Shown in pieces: positions 36,300 to 50,034 of a DNA stretch of 64,000 nucleotides. Origin of the DNA: Octopus vulgaris (lineage: Eukaryota); NCBI GenBank assembly GCA_951406725.2, contig OX597816.1, positions 91,388,001 through 91,452,000 on the forward strand, given 5' to 3'. A program made the position numbers and the translations under genes. Position 1 is the first letter of the stretch, and each line of letters begins with the position of its first letter. The notes below the pieces were generated by a model. That model ran no database searches, had not been told where the DNA came from, and saw only the letters and a list, made by a program, of their open reading frames with translations.

Positions 36300-39200
36300 T
36301 TCAGTAGTCTTATTTTTATCACATGCTATCACTGCACTACTAAGTGCAGCTCTTAGATATGTGCTGTGGTTTGTTCTAGTACTTTAGTTTCAAGTGTTTT
36401 ACATATGATGTATGCAGTACCTAGTAGTGCTATTTTCTGTATGTTATATATACTTGTAAGTCCTGGTGTATTTGTTATGTATTTGTCTGAATGCTTTATT
36501 ATCATACCTAATATGCCTACTATGATAGGAATTGTTTCTGTTTTTAGGCTCCACATTCGAGTTACCTTTATTTCCAGATCTTTGTATTTTAAAAGTTCTC
36601 ATTTTCTGTGACCTTTTTTTGTGTTTGTTGTTATTCCAAAGTGTTATCTTAGCTTCCCATGTATATAGGCCCCAACTCTGTTGTGTTTGTGAATATATTC
36701 CTTCTTAGCCAGGACTGGGCAGCCAGATTTATTGTTTTCTCTCCACCACCATATATTTTACAATTACTTGTATTTCTTTTCATTATGTGTTTTTGGTGAT
36801 TTCTGGTGGGAAGGCTTTGATCTTGTGCTGCAATTAAAAATCCTTGAGTCTCTGCTTTGAGTCCTGAGCTTCTCAGCCATTGTTGGGATTTTGCTTTGTC
36901 TAATTCTTTTCTATTTAGCTTAGCCCAATTTGCCATGTAGGGGCTTTTCTTGCCATCATTTCATCATGATACATTGCTGTTTTAGTTTTTGTTTGGATTT
37001 TAGTTGTTTTACATCTTTTGTTGTTCTTTTTCTTCATAGTTGTTAGGTACTACGACTTCTTTTTTGTATTTGTCAGCTTCTTTCAAGACTGAAAACAGAT
37101 TTTTTTTTTTGTTTTGTTCGTGCTTTGTGGCTATTTGTATCAGTTTTCCTTGCTTTTGAAGTAGGTATTTCTGTAATCCTATGATGGTTATTTTGTAATA
37201 ATTTTCTTGCTGTATAAGGCCACTACCACCTTTGATACATTGTATATATAGCCTTTCTATGTCAGATTTAGGGTGTTGCATCCTAAATCTTGTCATTATT
37301 TTCCTTGTTTTCCTGTCTATTTTGATTAGTCCATTTAGAGTCCAGTTAAGAATATTATATCTGTAACTTATAACTGGGACAGCTAGTGTTGATACCTATT
37401 ATCTTGTTTTTCGCATTGAGCTCTGTTTCCAGTATTTATCAACTAACTCAACTATAGTATTCCTTTCCTATCTTTCATTTGTGTGTGTTGTATCATATCT
37501 AGTTCATTGATTCTTAAGCATTTGTTTGTCTGGCTTTGGTCTAATTCTCTTATTTCATCTGCTTCATCTAGTGTGCTGTTTCTCTTAACTAGTTTTCCTC
37601 TTTTCAAGGTTGCTTTGGCACATTTTTTCAAGTCAAATTTCATGTTTATTTCTTTTGTAAATCCATGTTTTGTCTGTGGTAACGTTTCCAGCTGTTTATC
37701 ATTTGCAGCATATAGTTTTAAATCATCCATATACAAGAAGTGGTTGATTGTTTTGCCATAACAGGTGTATCCACATCCAGTTCTGTTTAGCATGTGAGAT
37801 AAAGGTATCAGCACTAAGCAGAAAAGGAGGGGAGAGAGTGTGTCTCCCTGGAATATTCCTCTTCTAATGGGGATGGCTTTGGTTTTTGTGAGTCTCTCTT
37901 TTGTCTGGAGCTGTAGCACTGTTTGCCATTTATTCATGGAATGTATTATATATTTTATGATTATGGGTACTACCTTGTTCATGGCTTGTGTTTCTAGGAT
38001 CCATATGTGGGAAATACTATCAAAAGCCTTTTGATAATCAATCAAAGCTATACTTAAACCCTTCTTTTTCCTATGGCTATCTTCAGTTATGGCTTTATTG
38101 ATCAATAGTTGATATTTATATCCATATGAGCCTTTGCAGCATCCCTTCTGCTCATAGGTTGTTTTCTTCCAGATGTTTTCCCATTTTCTGCAATGTTATT
38201 GCAGTAAAGGCTTTGTAAATTGTAGGGAAACAAGTTATTGGTCTGTAATTTTGTGGGTTTGTTGTTTCAGTGGATTTGAGAATTAGGTTAATTTTCCCTT
38301 CCATAAGCCATTCAGGCAATGTCCCTGGCTCTGCTAGTATTTCATTAAATTTCTCAGTTTCTTTCTGGATTTTATTTATCGACTAGGTTTGTTTTAGTGG
38401 TGAGACCCCTGTTTGGATGGATTTGAGGGTTAGGGTATCCAGCTTCTTTTGTGGCCATACATTATATCAGTTAACCTGGTCATATTGACATTTGTTTTTG
38501 TGGCTATTAGTTCTGTGATGGCCAGGTTCATGTTATTTATCATTGATGTTGTTTTATTATCAATTTTGATTTTCGAGAGGTACAATTGGTGGCCCATACT
38601 GAGATCTGTGGCTTTCAATTCTTTGACTATACTCATTTTTAGAGTACCATAATCATTAATTTCGCCTTCACTGTTTTCAGGTTTTAGATTTGTTTTGTAT
38701 TCCCTCCCATTCATAGTTTTGCCTGTGATGTTCTGGTTTGGTGCTTTTTGCTCATCATTATGCATTCCTACAGTTTGGGTTTGTTGTCTTTTGTTGCTTA
38801 CTTCATTTTTGTTGGACATGTTACGTCTGTCTTCATATTTTACAGTCTCAGTGTTTATGATATTATTTGGCATTACTGTGTGGTCACTATCTTTGTTTTC
38901 CTGATGTATTTTTCTTTTTGAGTGTTCTATTTCTATCTCTTTTTGTTTTTGTTTTGAGAACATATCTCCATATGTTAGCTAGTTTATTAGGGTTCATTGC
39001 TTTATCCAAATCTTTATCTAGGTTATTTTTCTTCCAGATTTTATATGTATACGTTGTGTTTTCATTGTGGATAGAGCACTGTTGTAAAATAAGTGTGTAG
39101 GATTGAAATATATGCCTCACATGTCCATTTATGCTTTTTTAATTTTATTTGTGGGATGGGAGGAATAATGACTGGCCCTTTATTTTGATAGTCATCATTT

Positions 39201-39590
39201 TCTTAGGGTATTATTCCATTCATTTCTGGTGTTAAATGGTTTTTCATGTGTAGTTTTTTGTACTTTTTGTGTAATAAGTTTAAAGTATGTACTTCTTGTT
39301 TGTTATCCTTGGGTTGAATAATGTGGGTATTATCTAATTTATTTTTCATTTTTTTTTTTGTGTATGGGGGTTGGGGATCGAGACGATGTGATGTTGATTG
39401 AACCATAATGTGGTGAGCATATTCACACATAATGTGTGAGTGATGGAGATGATACACAGTTAAAATACATCAGTTCATTTGGAAAATAGAAATAAATTCT
39501 AATGAGTATTCCTTACTTGGATATAATCCAACAGTTTGCCAGTTATTTTTGGTTCCATTTGTTGTGTTTATTCCCGATGTTTTTAGATTT
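36300..39590 (-). mobile_element. Dong/R4-clade (RLE) LINE, long degenerate copy
   Basis: [73 protein letters not shown]. The 3' end abuts (ATT)n. Confidence 0.9.
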
Positions 39591-39758
39591 TGGAGCTGCG
39601 TTTTATTGCTCACTCATTACATCTTTACATTCTGAGTTCAGATTCCGCTGAGGTCGACTTTGCCTTTTGTCTTTTTGGGGTTGATAAATTAAGTACCAGT
39701 GAAACTCTGCTCCCCCAAATTTCAAGTCTTGTGCCTATAGTAGAAAGGATTATTATTA

Positions 39759-39795
<37 letters not shown>

Positions 39796-40097
39796 CATTA
39801 TTATTACTATTGTTATTATTATTATTGTTGAGGCAACGAGCTGGCAGAATTGTTACCATGCTGGACAAAAATGCTTAGTGGCATTTCATCAGTCTTTATG
39901 TTCTGAGTTCAAATTTTCCTGGAGTCAACTTTGCCTTTCATCCTTTAGGGGTTGATAAATATGTACCAATTGAGCACTGGGATCAATGTAATCAACCTGC
40001 ACCCCCCACCGAACTTGCTGGCCTTGTGCCAAAATTTGAAATCATTATATAACTATTTCAATTTCAAAAAAATCTATTTTATCATCCTGTAATCTAG

Positions 40098-40269
40098 CTG
40101 AGGACCAAATGGAACTATCTGATACAGAGATAACCAATGTGGATATATTGAATTATTTTTGTGAAATTCAGAGCTTGAAAGAGATTCCACCAAAGGAAGA
40201 GCCACAAAAGGAAAAATCACCAAAGCCTTCAATAATAGAAAACCAGACTCTACCCAAAGAAAAAATTAC
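40098..40269 (+). CDS. WDR97-like gene, internal exon (EDQMELSDTEITNVDILNYFCEIQSLKE...LPKEKI)
   Basis: aatctag acceptor and GTAAAT donor. 172 nt, phase 1 to 2. Confidence 0.85.
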
Positions 40270-40953
40270 GTAAATAAACTTAATTGTTAATATTTTCAAA
40301 ATATAGATAATGATATCGGAATATCTTCCAAGTTTGTCTTCTGCATAAACAACTTATGGCTAAGAACAGAGTATCATGCTTTTAAAGTTGTGGGTCAAAG
40401 ATAATTTTTAATCAACTGAAATTATAACTATATTGAGAAGAGAAGTCATTAGCATTAATGGTGATTACTTTCAAAGGAGGAGAACTCACTCACTGAGTTT
40501 TTCTTGACTTAAAATTTGTTTGATTCCTATAAGCAGAGAGCAAGTCTTATCTTTCACAACTATATTTTAGTCATGTTAGACCTACTTAGTAAAATGTAAT
40601 CAGCAAACGGTTACCAAGATCTCCAAATAACTAAGAAAATATCGTTTGTTTTATAAAAATAATTGAGTGATTAAGCAATTTATAATAATGATATAGGAAA
40701 ATTAATCATGTACGCCTTCCATATTAAGAAAGCACAGTTAAGTGCAGCTTATTGTTCTTAAAGTGATGAGCTTAAAATAACTTTTAATCAATCAAAACTG
40801 TAATCATAATAGGAAGAAAAAGCATTTCCATTAATGAAAATTATTCTAAAAAGGTACCAAGAAAAGAACTCTACAAATTTATATTAACGAAATATGACTA
40901 AGTATTGCTATGTTAAATAACAAGTTAGTCTTTTTGGTTTACTTTGACTTCTT

Positions 40954-41310
40954 TTGGGTTGTCTAGAAAGTTTGTGCCAATTTTTAAAGGAAAGAAAATG
41001 GTCAATAAATACTTGCCATTACATTTTAATCAACCAAATATGAACCATTTTGTTGCACAATGCATCTCCATCTTTCCTTTAACTTGAAAATACCCTCTTC
41101 CCAGAATTGAGGTGGTTTCATGGCAAAGAATTCATCAAGGTATCTTTTTATGTCATCCAAGAAATTGAAATTTTTACCATTAAGACTATTCTGCAGAGAC
41201 CGTAATAAATAGAAATCCGAAGAAGCAATATCTGGTGAATATGGAGGGTGGGGTAACACATCCCAGCTGAGCTGCAGCAATTTTTGTCTGGTTCCCAAAC
41301 AAATGTGCGG
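40954..41310 (-). mobile_element. mariner transposon 3' part
   Basis: WDVLPHPPYSPDIASSDFYLLRSLQNSL...WRCIVQQNGSY. TIR ttgggttgtctagaaagtt. Confidence 0.88.
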
Positions 41311-42644
41311 TGTTGCACTATTTCCAGTAGCAATGTAAAATATTTCTAGAGGTAAGATAAGAATTTGTAACTAGATCATCACTGTCCTACCTGGTTGCAG
41401 AGTGCAGCCGGAAATGCTTCATCATGAATATGGTTGGAGAATGTGAGAGAAAACCAAACTTGTGAGTAGGAATTTAAAATAATTGGTGGGAGGGAGTTGT
41501 TTAACAATATAGTTGCATGGGTGACAGGAGAAAAACAGTATGCTGGGCCAACTAAAACTGGATATTACCTACCAACATCACTGATGCTCAGTACTGTTGG
41601 AGTGAATACTGTGTCTATCAAAACTATTGTGATCTCTACTCAACAGCTAATGAGGAAAATGTCCCAGAATACAAGTTGTTTGAAAAATAAAATAGTAAAT
41701 ATTTAATGTATTTTGAGAATGTAGATGGTTGTGTTATAAAACTACTGAAGAAGTCAATATTCTTAATGTTTAAATAACCCAGTTAGGTAATTATAATCAA
41801 GTTTCACAGTATTTGAATAGCAGCTGTCGGCAACAACCTTGTAAAATTGTTGATTGCTTCGCCAGCTAAAAGTGTCAAGTTTGATACTTCCTGTGACCAG
41901 AAGAATAATTAGATCCCAGAACTCCATAGGGTTAATTAATTGATGGTTATTGATCATTATCAGAAAAAAAAGTTATTAGATCTTCTACAGCAAACAGTTT
42001 AACATAGATAAAAGCAAATATAACAGACTTGTTGTTCAGCTGTTGTTTTCTTTTTGTTTAAAAATAAAAGACCCCCCCCCCACTTTCAGTTATGAATGAC
42101 CATGGGGTTGCATTTGAGAAGTCCCCTCCTAAGCTTAAGTCTGGGCAAAGCTATTTATGGAAGACCAGCAGTTGCCCATGTACACCAGCCTCCCCTCTCC
42201 ACACTACTGATGTTATCCAAGGAATAGGCAAAGGCCGATACAGCCTGGTATCAGTGACATCACAACAGTTGAGTGAACTGGAGCAACGTGAAATAAAGTG
42301 TTTTGCTCAAGAACACAACACACACCCTGATTTGGGAATTGAACTCACTAGTTCATGTTTGTGAGCCTGATGCTCTAACCACTGAGCTATGCACCATCAT
42401 AGTTAACTAATCCTAAATTACACTCAGTAATTAGAACTGCATCCAATGTTGACTTTACTTTTCTGTTTCTGGAAATGATCGAATAAGTCAAGTGCTGAGT
42501 CTGATTTACATGTCTGTGTGCCCCTCCCAAATTTATATCACCATAGCAAAGTTAAAAATCAATATTTGGAAATATATCAAGGTAGTGAGCTGGCAGAATT
42601 GTTAGCATGCCGGGTGAAATGCTTAGCAGTATTTCATGTCTTTG

Positions 42645-43143
42645 ACCCGGCAGGACAAGTGAGACCATAACCCGTGCCCTCTACCTGGGATGTAGCCAGT
42701 CCACCTATGCCAGTCCACTTGTGCAAACCTTTCCTTCTTGGGACACAAAACTCTACTTGTGAAGACCTATTGAGGCAAGTGAAAATCAAAATCGATCAAC
42801 ATCAATGGAAACTGTAGCTGTGATACTAGTGCCAGTGGCACATAAGAGAACCATCCGAACGTGGCCGTTACCAGTGCCACCCCAACTGGCCTCCGTGCCG
42901 GCGGCATGTAAAAAGCACCATCCAATTGTGGCCGTTTGCCAGCCTCTCCTGGCACCTGTGTCGGTGGCACATAAAAAGCACCCACTACACTCATAGAGTG
43001 GTTGGCGTTAGGTAGGGCATCCAGCCGTAGAAACATTGCCAGATCAGACTGGGCTTGGTGCAGCCTTCTGGCTTCCCAGACCCCAGTTGAACCATCTAAC
43101 CCATGCCAGCATGGAAAGCGGACGCTAGACGATGATGATGATG
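42645..43143 (+). mobile_element. RTE-tailed retroposon nested inside a family A SINE (42578-43265)
   Basis: The SINE A head at 42578-42640 resumes at 43143 after the (GAT)n tail of the insert. Confidence 0.75.
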
Positions 43144-43883
43144 AGTTCAAGTTTCACCAAGGTCAACTTTGCCTTGCCTTTCATCCTTACTTGAGTACTA
43201 TGGTTGATGTAATCCACTTACCCACTCCCTCAAAATTTCAGGCCTTGTGTCTATAGTAAAAAGGAATATTTAGAAATGTATTCTTCAACCAATACTTGTT
43301 CAATGATAAAATAATCACTTATTTGAAAGATCACGAAATGTACTGAATATTTATTTTAAGTGAATAACAAGAAATTTAAGAAAAAGAGAGTGTAAAATTG
43401 AGATCAGAGCACCAAATCTGAGTTAAGAATCTTGTTTTAAGAGTGGTAGTGGGGGATGTTCACTAGTGACTGAGGAAGACCATCACTGACCATTGCCTAT
43501 GCAAAATGTCACCAATGCCCATGCATGGAGCTGTTTTACCAGCAGTTGGTTTCACCCAGGTTCATGTCCACAGCTTCCATGATCTCAAGTACAAGCATAA
43601 GATCCCCAAAATGTTCAATGCCATGGGTCTCAGAAATTCTGGATTGTTGTATAGCATGCTGGAAGACTACTGGGAGTGGGGCACCTTTTAGCTTTTGCTA
43701 AAGCATGTCTTAGGAGAAGGTCGCTGATATAATATCAGATATGCAGGTAATATGTTTGTGTGTGTGTGTCCTCCTTATAATTAACATAACAGCTTATAGA
43801 TCTCATTAAACCATTTTATAACCCAATTGTTCTGTAACTACTATTGTTGTGTCAGGAGTTTAACTTGTAATTTTCATTCACAG

Positions 43884-43954
43884 CCATCTTACACGCCTTG
43901 GTGAAACATATACCAGTGTCTGTAAGCCAAAAAGGGAAACCCTATTTTATACAA
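43884..43954 (+). CDS. WDR97-like gene, penultimate exon (HLTRLGETYTSVCKPKRETLFYT)
   Basis: ttcacag acceptor and GTAAGT donor. 71 nt, phase 2 to 1. The RLGET..S.C.P.RET motif is recalled from invertebrate WDR97-like C-termini. Confidence 0.85.
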
Positions 43955-45146
43955 GTAAGTTTAAATCTTAATTTCTTGATGGAAAATGATAATGTAGTCA
44001 ATCTGCTGGATTCTAGCAATTAACTGGGTGTTTTTACCTCTTGTATTCCATGTTTCATTGACTTCATTTCTGCACTTCCATTTTACAAATCTCTCCTACC
44101 TCTACCATGACTACCAACATTGCCATCACTATCACCAACACAAACATCACCACCTACACTATACAGTTTCCCATACCCAGTGCTTTTTATAGCCATTTTG
44201 GAGAAGATTCCCCACTTCCAGGCTTTTATTGAACTGGCAGAATCCTTAGCACTGGGCAAAATGCTTATTGGTATTTTGTGTGCCACTATGTTCTAAGTTC
44301 AAATTCTGCCAAAGTCAACTTTACCTTTCATCCTTTTGGGGTCGATAAATAAAGTACCAGTTGAGTACTGGGGTCGATGTATTGTTAGCATGCTGGGTGA
44401 AATGCTTAGCAGCATTTCATCTGTCTTTATGTTCTGAGTTCAAATTCCACCTCGGTTAACTTCGCTTTTCATCTTTTTGGGGTTGATAAAATAAGTACCA
44501 GTTGAGTAATGGGGTCAATGTAATCAACTAGCTTCCTCCCCCAAAATTGCAGGCTTTGTGCATTTAGTAGAAAGGAAAAAAATAACATTTGAGCAAGGAA
44601 AAAATATTCAAGCGAGGTCATTGCCATTGCCACTGGACTGGTTCCTGTGCAGGTGGCACGTAAAAAACACCATTTGAGCATGGCCATTGCCAGTACCGCC
44701 TGACTGGCACTCGTGCCGGTGGCACATAAAAACACCCACAACACTCTCGGAGTGGTTGGCGTTAGGAAAGGCATCCAGCTGTAGAAACACTACCAGATCA
44801 GATTGGAGCCTGGTGCGGCCATCTGGTTCGCCATTCCTCAGTCAAATCATCCAACCCATGTTAGCATGGAAAGCAGCCGTTAAACAATGATGATGATAAT
44901 TATTATTATTTTTTTTTTTGCTCTTCACTTGTTTCTCATAATAACTATTGTTAATGATTTTTCTGTAATGATGGATAATAGTCTGGGTTATTAGTTATGA
45001 TTAATTAAAATTTTTGTTTTAAATTAATTTCATCTGATGCAATTTTTTCCTCAAAAACAATTGTTTTCATGTTCAGTTTTTTTCCTACACATCTTTTTAA
45101 ACGAATCTTTTCTCTCTCAACCATTACTTACAAATTTCTATTACAG

Positions 45147-45373
45147 ATTATAAAAAGCCTCCAATTACTTACAAGGATTATTTGCCCCACCAACTGAAAC
45201 ATCGTGGCACGAAAAGTGGTTTTTACTTATCACTACCAAAATTGCAATTGAATCCATTTGCAAACGAAGACTCTCCGAAAAAAAAAACTGGAAACGATCT
45301 TCCATTCATCTCATTAGAGAAAACGCCAAAGTATTTTGTCCCATCTCTGTCTTTAGCTTCACCATCTAGATGA
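45147..45373 (+). CDS. WDR97-like gene, last coding exon (YKKPPITY...LPKLQLNPF...KYFVPSLSLASPSR*)
   Basis: ttacag acceptor, phase 1, TGA at 45371-45373. The family call rests on recalled similarity (YGDETIR, YLQKELD, LNYFCE, RLGET, KYFVP) and needs BLAST confirmation. Confidence 0.85.
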
Positions 45374-45382
45374 ATATCTCAA

Positions 45383-45388
45383 AATAAA
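45383..45388 (+). promoter_or_regulatory. Putative polyadenylation signal
   Basis: AATAAA 10 nt after the stop codon, followed by T/GT-rich sequence. Confidence 0.5.
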
Positions 45389-45940
45389 CATTATTTTACA
45401 TTGATTTGTAGTCTTTTCACAATTATTGAAAATATGGTATATATTTTTTTATCGTATTTTAGAGGGGAACAGTTTGCTGTTAGCTATACGATAGCAAACT
45501 GAGTTGTTGGGATGCTTGCCTTAAGGTTGGAAACCATATAATTTGTGCCCTGTTACTAGTGATGTACTGGAGCATTGGTCAGGATCCCAAACTCTCAGTA
45601 ACTCAGTATATCTTGATGTTATCATTGAGGAAAGGAGGTACATATTACTGATGTAGTCAAAAGGAGCACTGCATAATTTACATCTAATTGTGCAGTTTGC
45701 AATACTGAAATGGAATTCTCACTTGGAACTTCTGCAATCAGCTGGAGTTTAGTCTAATGACAGAGATGATAGAATTCTTTAACACATTTGTAAAATTAAC
45801 ATAGATTACAGTACATTGTGATGATAATTTAAGAAAAGTAGCTATTATTGACTTACTGTTATCAACATAATGAGAACTACAACTACCATTGTCATTAATA
45901 GCAGTATAGCCATGTTACACATTCTCAATATTTCTAATTA

Positions 45941-46452
45941 CCGTAAATCCTCGAGTATAATCTGCATTTTTTTCCCAAAACTTAAAGGTCAAAATCCTTA
46001 GTGTGTACTATATACAAGGTTAAAAATGAAAATTATTTTCTAAGCAATGTTCAAGTCTCTATTTGTTGTCCGGCAATGTTTATTCAGACGCATTTTGTGA
46101 TGTCGGGTGCGAAAATACCTTAAGCTAAGCCTGAAAGCAATGAAGTCATAAAAGAATCATCCATAACTTGCAGTAAGCAACATCTATTAAACGTTATTAC
46201 TGTTATTTCTTTATTTTCTGCAAACAAAATGCACAAAAAGGCTACACATTTGCATTATGTTATATGTACTATAATAATAAAGGACATTACCGTATACAGT
46301 TTTACAAACCAAGGACGTTATATAGACCTCCTTGACTCAAGTTAGAGAAGGGGTGCGTATTATACACAAGGTTTAGGTTTTTCAGAGGTACAGCCCCCTA
46401 AAAATCCCCTGCGTATTATACTCAAGAGCGAACTATACTCGAGGATTTACGG
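45941..46452. mobile_element. pogo/Tigger-type MITE
   Basis: Perfect TIRs CCGTAAATCCTCGAGTATA / TATACTCGAGGATTTACGG with TA TSD. Confidence 0.88.
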
Positions 46453-47052
46453 TATTACCAAATAATTATTTTATTTTAGAACGTGGTAACACAAACATTT
46501 TTTATTTGATAACTTGATCTTCAAAGATGAGACCCACTTGGTTGATTGATGTTATGCTTGATCAAGTTCAAGTTGACAGTTGCAGGAAAAAACATAAACA
46601 AGTAGAAAATTCCATGTACTCAGACACAGACTGTGGGAGGGTGGGTTATGGACTGTTCTTGATTTTCTCCTTGCTTCTTTGGTTTTAATGACTAGGCACT
46701 TGCTTCCATCTGCCCTGTCCCAGAAAATGGAGAACACATCCAGTGACACATCAGTCAGGGCTTCCACCAGTAACAGCTTCCTCACAAGCCCATTTCTAGG
46801 TAAGACTGGCTACCCTCATTACTTTGTTGCAGTTCTTATCCATCTGGAGGTCGGGACCAACAACAATGACGCTGTCTGATGGCATTGATCTCCCTCCCCA
46901 GGTGCCCAGCTACAAGCACACTGACTTGGCATTAATTTTGGTCCCTGCAGCTGACTTATATTCCTTTAGAATGGGTCTGACCATCTCCACTTAGGAGGCA
47001 TCCGACACCATGATGGTGACATTCTCTGCTTATGTTGACACCACCCTCTAAT

Positions 47053-47420
47053 ATCTAATCATGAGCAGAAGTAGTGGGGGAGCATTATGGTCATGTGTTA
47101 AGAGGAATTCTTTGGGGTTTGAATAATTCACCCCTGGAAACATGGGTATTTCGTTCAGCATTCTTAAACAATCCTTATTCAGGGACCTTTTGAGCGGGAT
47201 GGGCTACTCGACCTGAAGAAAATTCTGACTGAGCCCCATCTGCGAGGTCATACACTGTTTATCTGGATATGAGATCAGCATGTTAAGCACATATGGTTGT
47301 AATGCATGTGTCTAGTGTGCCCATGTGAGAGACGGGTAGTCATGATAGCTATACTGAGCTTAGTATATTTTACCCCAGTGTCGCTTTGATGGTATGTGCT
47401 ACTCTCTTATTCAATAATAA
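47053..47420 (+). mobile_element. Truncated copy of the 21708-22262 retroposon
   Basis: Colinear from atcatgagcagaagtagtggggg to the 3' end. Confidence 0.75.
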
Positions 47421-47599
47421 GATTTCTTTTATTAGCTATTAAGGAATAAACGAGGGGTCATCACAAGGACAATTTCCAATACTTGTAACGGAAGTTACTC
47501 AAAAGACGAGGTGAAAGAAATGGGGGAAAATGGTGAAATGAGATAAAAGTATACATAGTATATAAAGTATGTGATAACATGAATGATGCATTCTCATGA

Positions 47600-49223
47600 T
47601 ACTCTAATTAGGGTCAATCATGGGACTTCACAGATCCAGAATATCCCTGACCACCAAAGTTGTTCATAAAAAGTGAGGCAAGCTGGACAGCCTTGTCCAG
47701 TCTATGCGGATTTTTGCAAATGATATCAAGATGGAGTCTGGACTCTCAAAATGTGCTACAATGAAAGCTTGTCAGGACAGAAGGCATATGTATGTCAAGT
47801 GGTGAACAGATGAGGGCTATTGAACCTGAATCCGATTATAAATACATAGGAATACTCGAGGCAAATGGAATTAAACACCACTATATAAAAGAAAAGACAA
47901 AGAAAGAATCACTGAGGTGAGTGAGAAAAATATAGGCCTTAATGCTGAACGCTAGGAACCTAATTTCGGCTATAAACTCGCGCGCAGTTGTTCGGTATGG
48001 CGCTAGAATCCTGAAGTTGACAAGAGGAATTAAAGGAGTTGGACAGGAAGGCAAGAAAGCTCTTAATGATGCATGATGCCCATCAACCACGTGCAGACAC
48101 TGTTCACCCATACATGAAGAGAGCAAATGGAGGAAGGGGATAGATAAGTGTGGAAGACTGCGTGCGCATCGAACTCAGGAGCTGAATGAGATAGCTATCT
48201 CAAAGTAAAGAGACCTTGCTAGTTAAGAATGAGGGAACATTGAAAGCAAAGTAAAGGGGGAAAACAATAGAAAAGTACAAAAAGGACATGGAGAAGCATT
48301 ACGCCACAAGGGATTACACAATTAGTTCCATGTAGCCACAACTGAGGTTGCTGGAAAACATAGGTGGGATTGGCTGAAGAAAGGAACACTGAAAAAAGAG
48401 AGGAGCACTATTTTGGCAGCGCAAGGCCAAGCTTTGGTTACGAATCGAAGGGTCAACCTTAGCAATGAGCAAGTAACTCCACTGGGCCGTATCTGTAATA
48501 GAGTGGACAAAAGCATTGCCCATATCGCGAATGAATGCCCTAGATTTGTTTAAAACTGCTATAAGTCGTGGCGACATGATGAGGTAGCGAAAGTACTACA
48601 TTGAAAACTGTGAGAAGTGGCGGATAGAAAGAGGCAAGACGTGGTATGACCACAAACCGCAGAGTGGCGAAGTCGGAGACTAGCAAAATCATCTGTGATT
48701 TTCCATTCCAAACAGATCAGGTGCTAGAATATAACAGACCGGACCTAGTGGTGGTGGACAAGATGCATCACATGTACTATATAGATGATGTTGCATGCCC
48801 CTTTGACCTACGAAATAGTCATGGGGGAAGGCGAAAAAATAGATATATATCTACAATCATTTTAAGTACGAATTAGTCCGGCTATGGAAAATGAAGAAGG
48901 TGAAGATAGTGCCAATTATTGTTGGTTCCTTGAGAACAGTATCAGAAGGCATCAAGAGGAATATAAAGGAAATCGCAATAAAGTGCCCCGTAGAACTGTT
49001 ACAAAAGTTTTGCCTCCTTGGCTCGGCCAGAATAATCAGGAAAGTATTAGATAGTTGAAAAGAACAGATAGCATGGTACAGTAGGCTGCAGGCAGCAAGC
49101 CCGCTACGCATGCAAGACTCCAGGAGTTACAACAAGGCCTGGGATAAAAAGAACAAATAATAATCTCTAAATTTAGCATAAAATAAGATGACACTTTGTT
49201 ACATACCCAGCAAAGGTGCGTGT

Positions 49224-49225
<2 letters not shown>
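47600..49225 (+). mobile_element. Dong/R4-clade LINE, degenerate 3' half
   Basis: IFANDIKMESGLSKCA, AAQGQALVT, RHDEVAK, NRPDLVVVDK, VPIIVGSL. Ends at (AAT)n 49226-49310. Confidence 0.85.
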
Positions 49226-49308
<83 letters not shown>

Positions 49309-49309
49309 T

Positions 49310-49945
49310 AATAGTATACCCAAAAAGCTATACTTACAGGTTGTATGTGCCTAGGAACAAGGAAGGAAGAGGCCTTATATGATGCAAGATCTGTATGTAT
49401 TGTCAACAAGAAAAGTCTGGGATGGTACATCAAACAGCAGAGTCAATCCTTGCTTGCTGCTGTTAGAATTAACAAATCACTGCCTATCGAAAATGTGATG
49501 CACCCAGAAAAATTTATGAAACAAGACGAAGAAAGAATAAACAATGGAAAAATGAAATCACTGCATGGGCAATACTTCAGAAAAATCCAAGGAAAAGACA
49601 AGACCAACACTTGCAGATGGGTAAGAAAAAGTGAGCTGAAATGATGCATTGAGGCATTGATATGCATGACCCAGGAATAAGCTCCGAGAACTAATTACAC
49701 CAAGTTCCAACTCGTAGCGAATCGCCCCTTTGTAGGAAAAACAAAGCAATCTCACATATTGTGAGTGAGTGTAGCAAGCTGGCCCAAAAGTAGTACAAAA
49801 GGAGACACGATAAAGTAGTTAAATTTGTTCACTGGAGGCAGTGTGGAAAGTACGGCCTGGACAGAGCACGGAAATGGTACGAACGTGAACCAGGCGTCAC
49901 AGAGAACAATAGGTATATGATACTGTGGGATATCCAAGCTTACAA
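49310..49945 (+). mobile_element. Second R4-clade LINE fragment
   Basis: RLYVPRNKEGRGL, SLHGQYF, SHIVSECSKLAQK.YKRRHDKV, ILWDI. Confidence 0.8.
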
Positions 49946-50034
49946 TGTGCAGAAAGAGACCCAACAGGCTGCTGTCCGCTCTTACAGAATCAACCCGAAC
50001 AAACAAAACCGAGCGCTCTGAGAAGTGAAGCCAT

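Noticed and set aside
46540-47050. GC-richer segment, possibly a LINE ORF1 remnant
   Set aside because: Too degenerate to assign from motifs.
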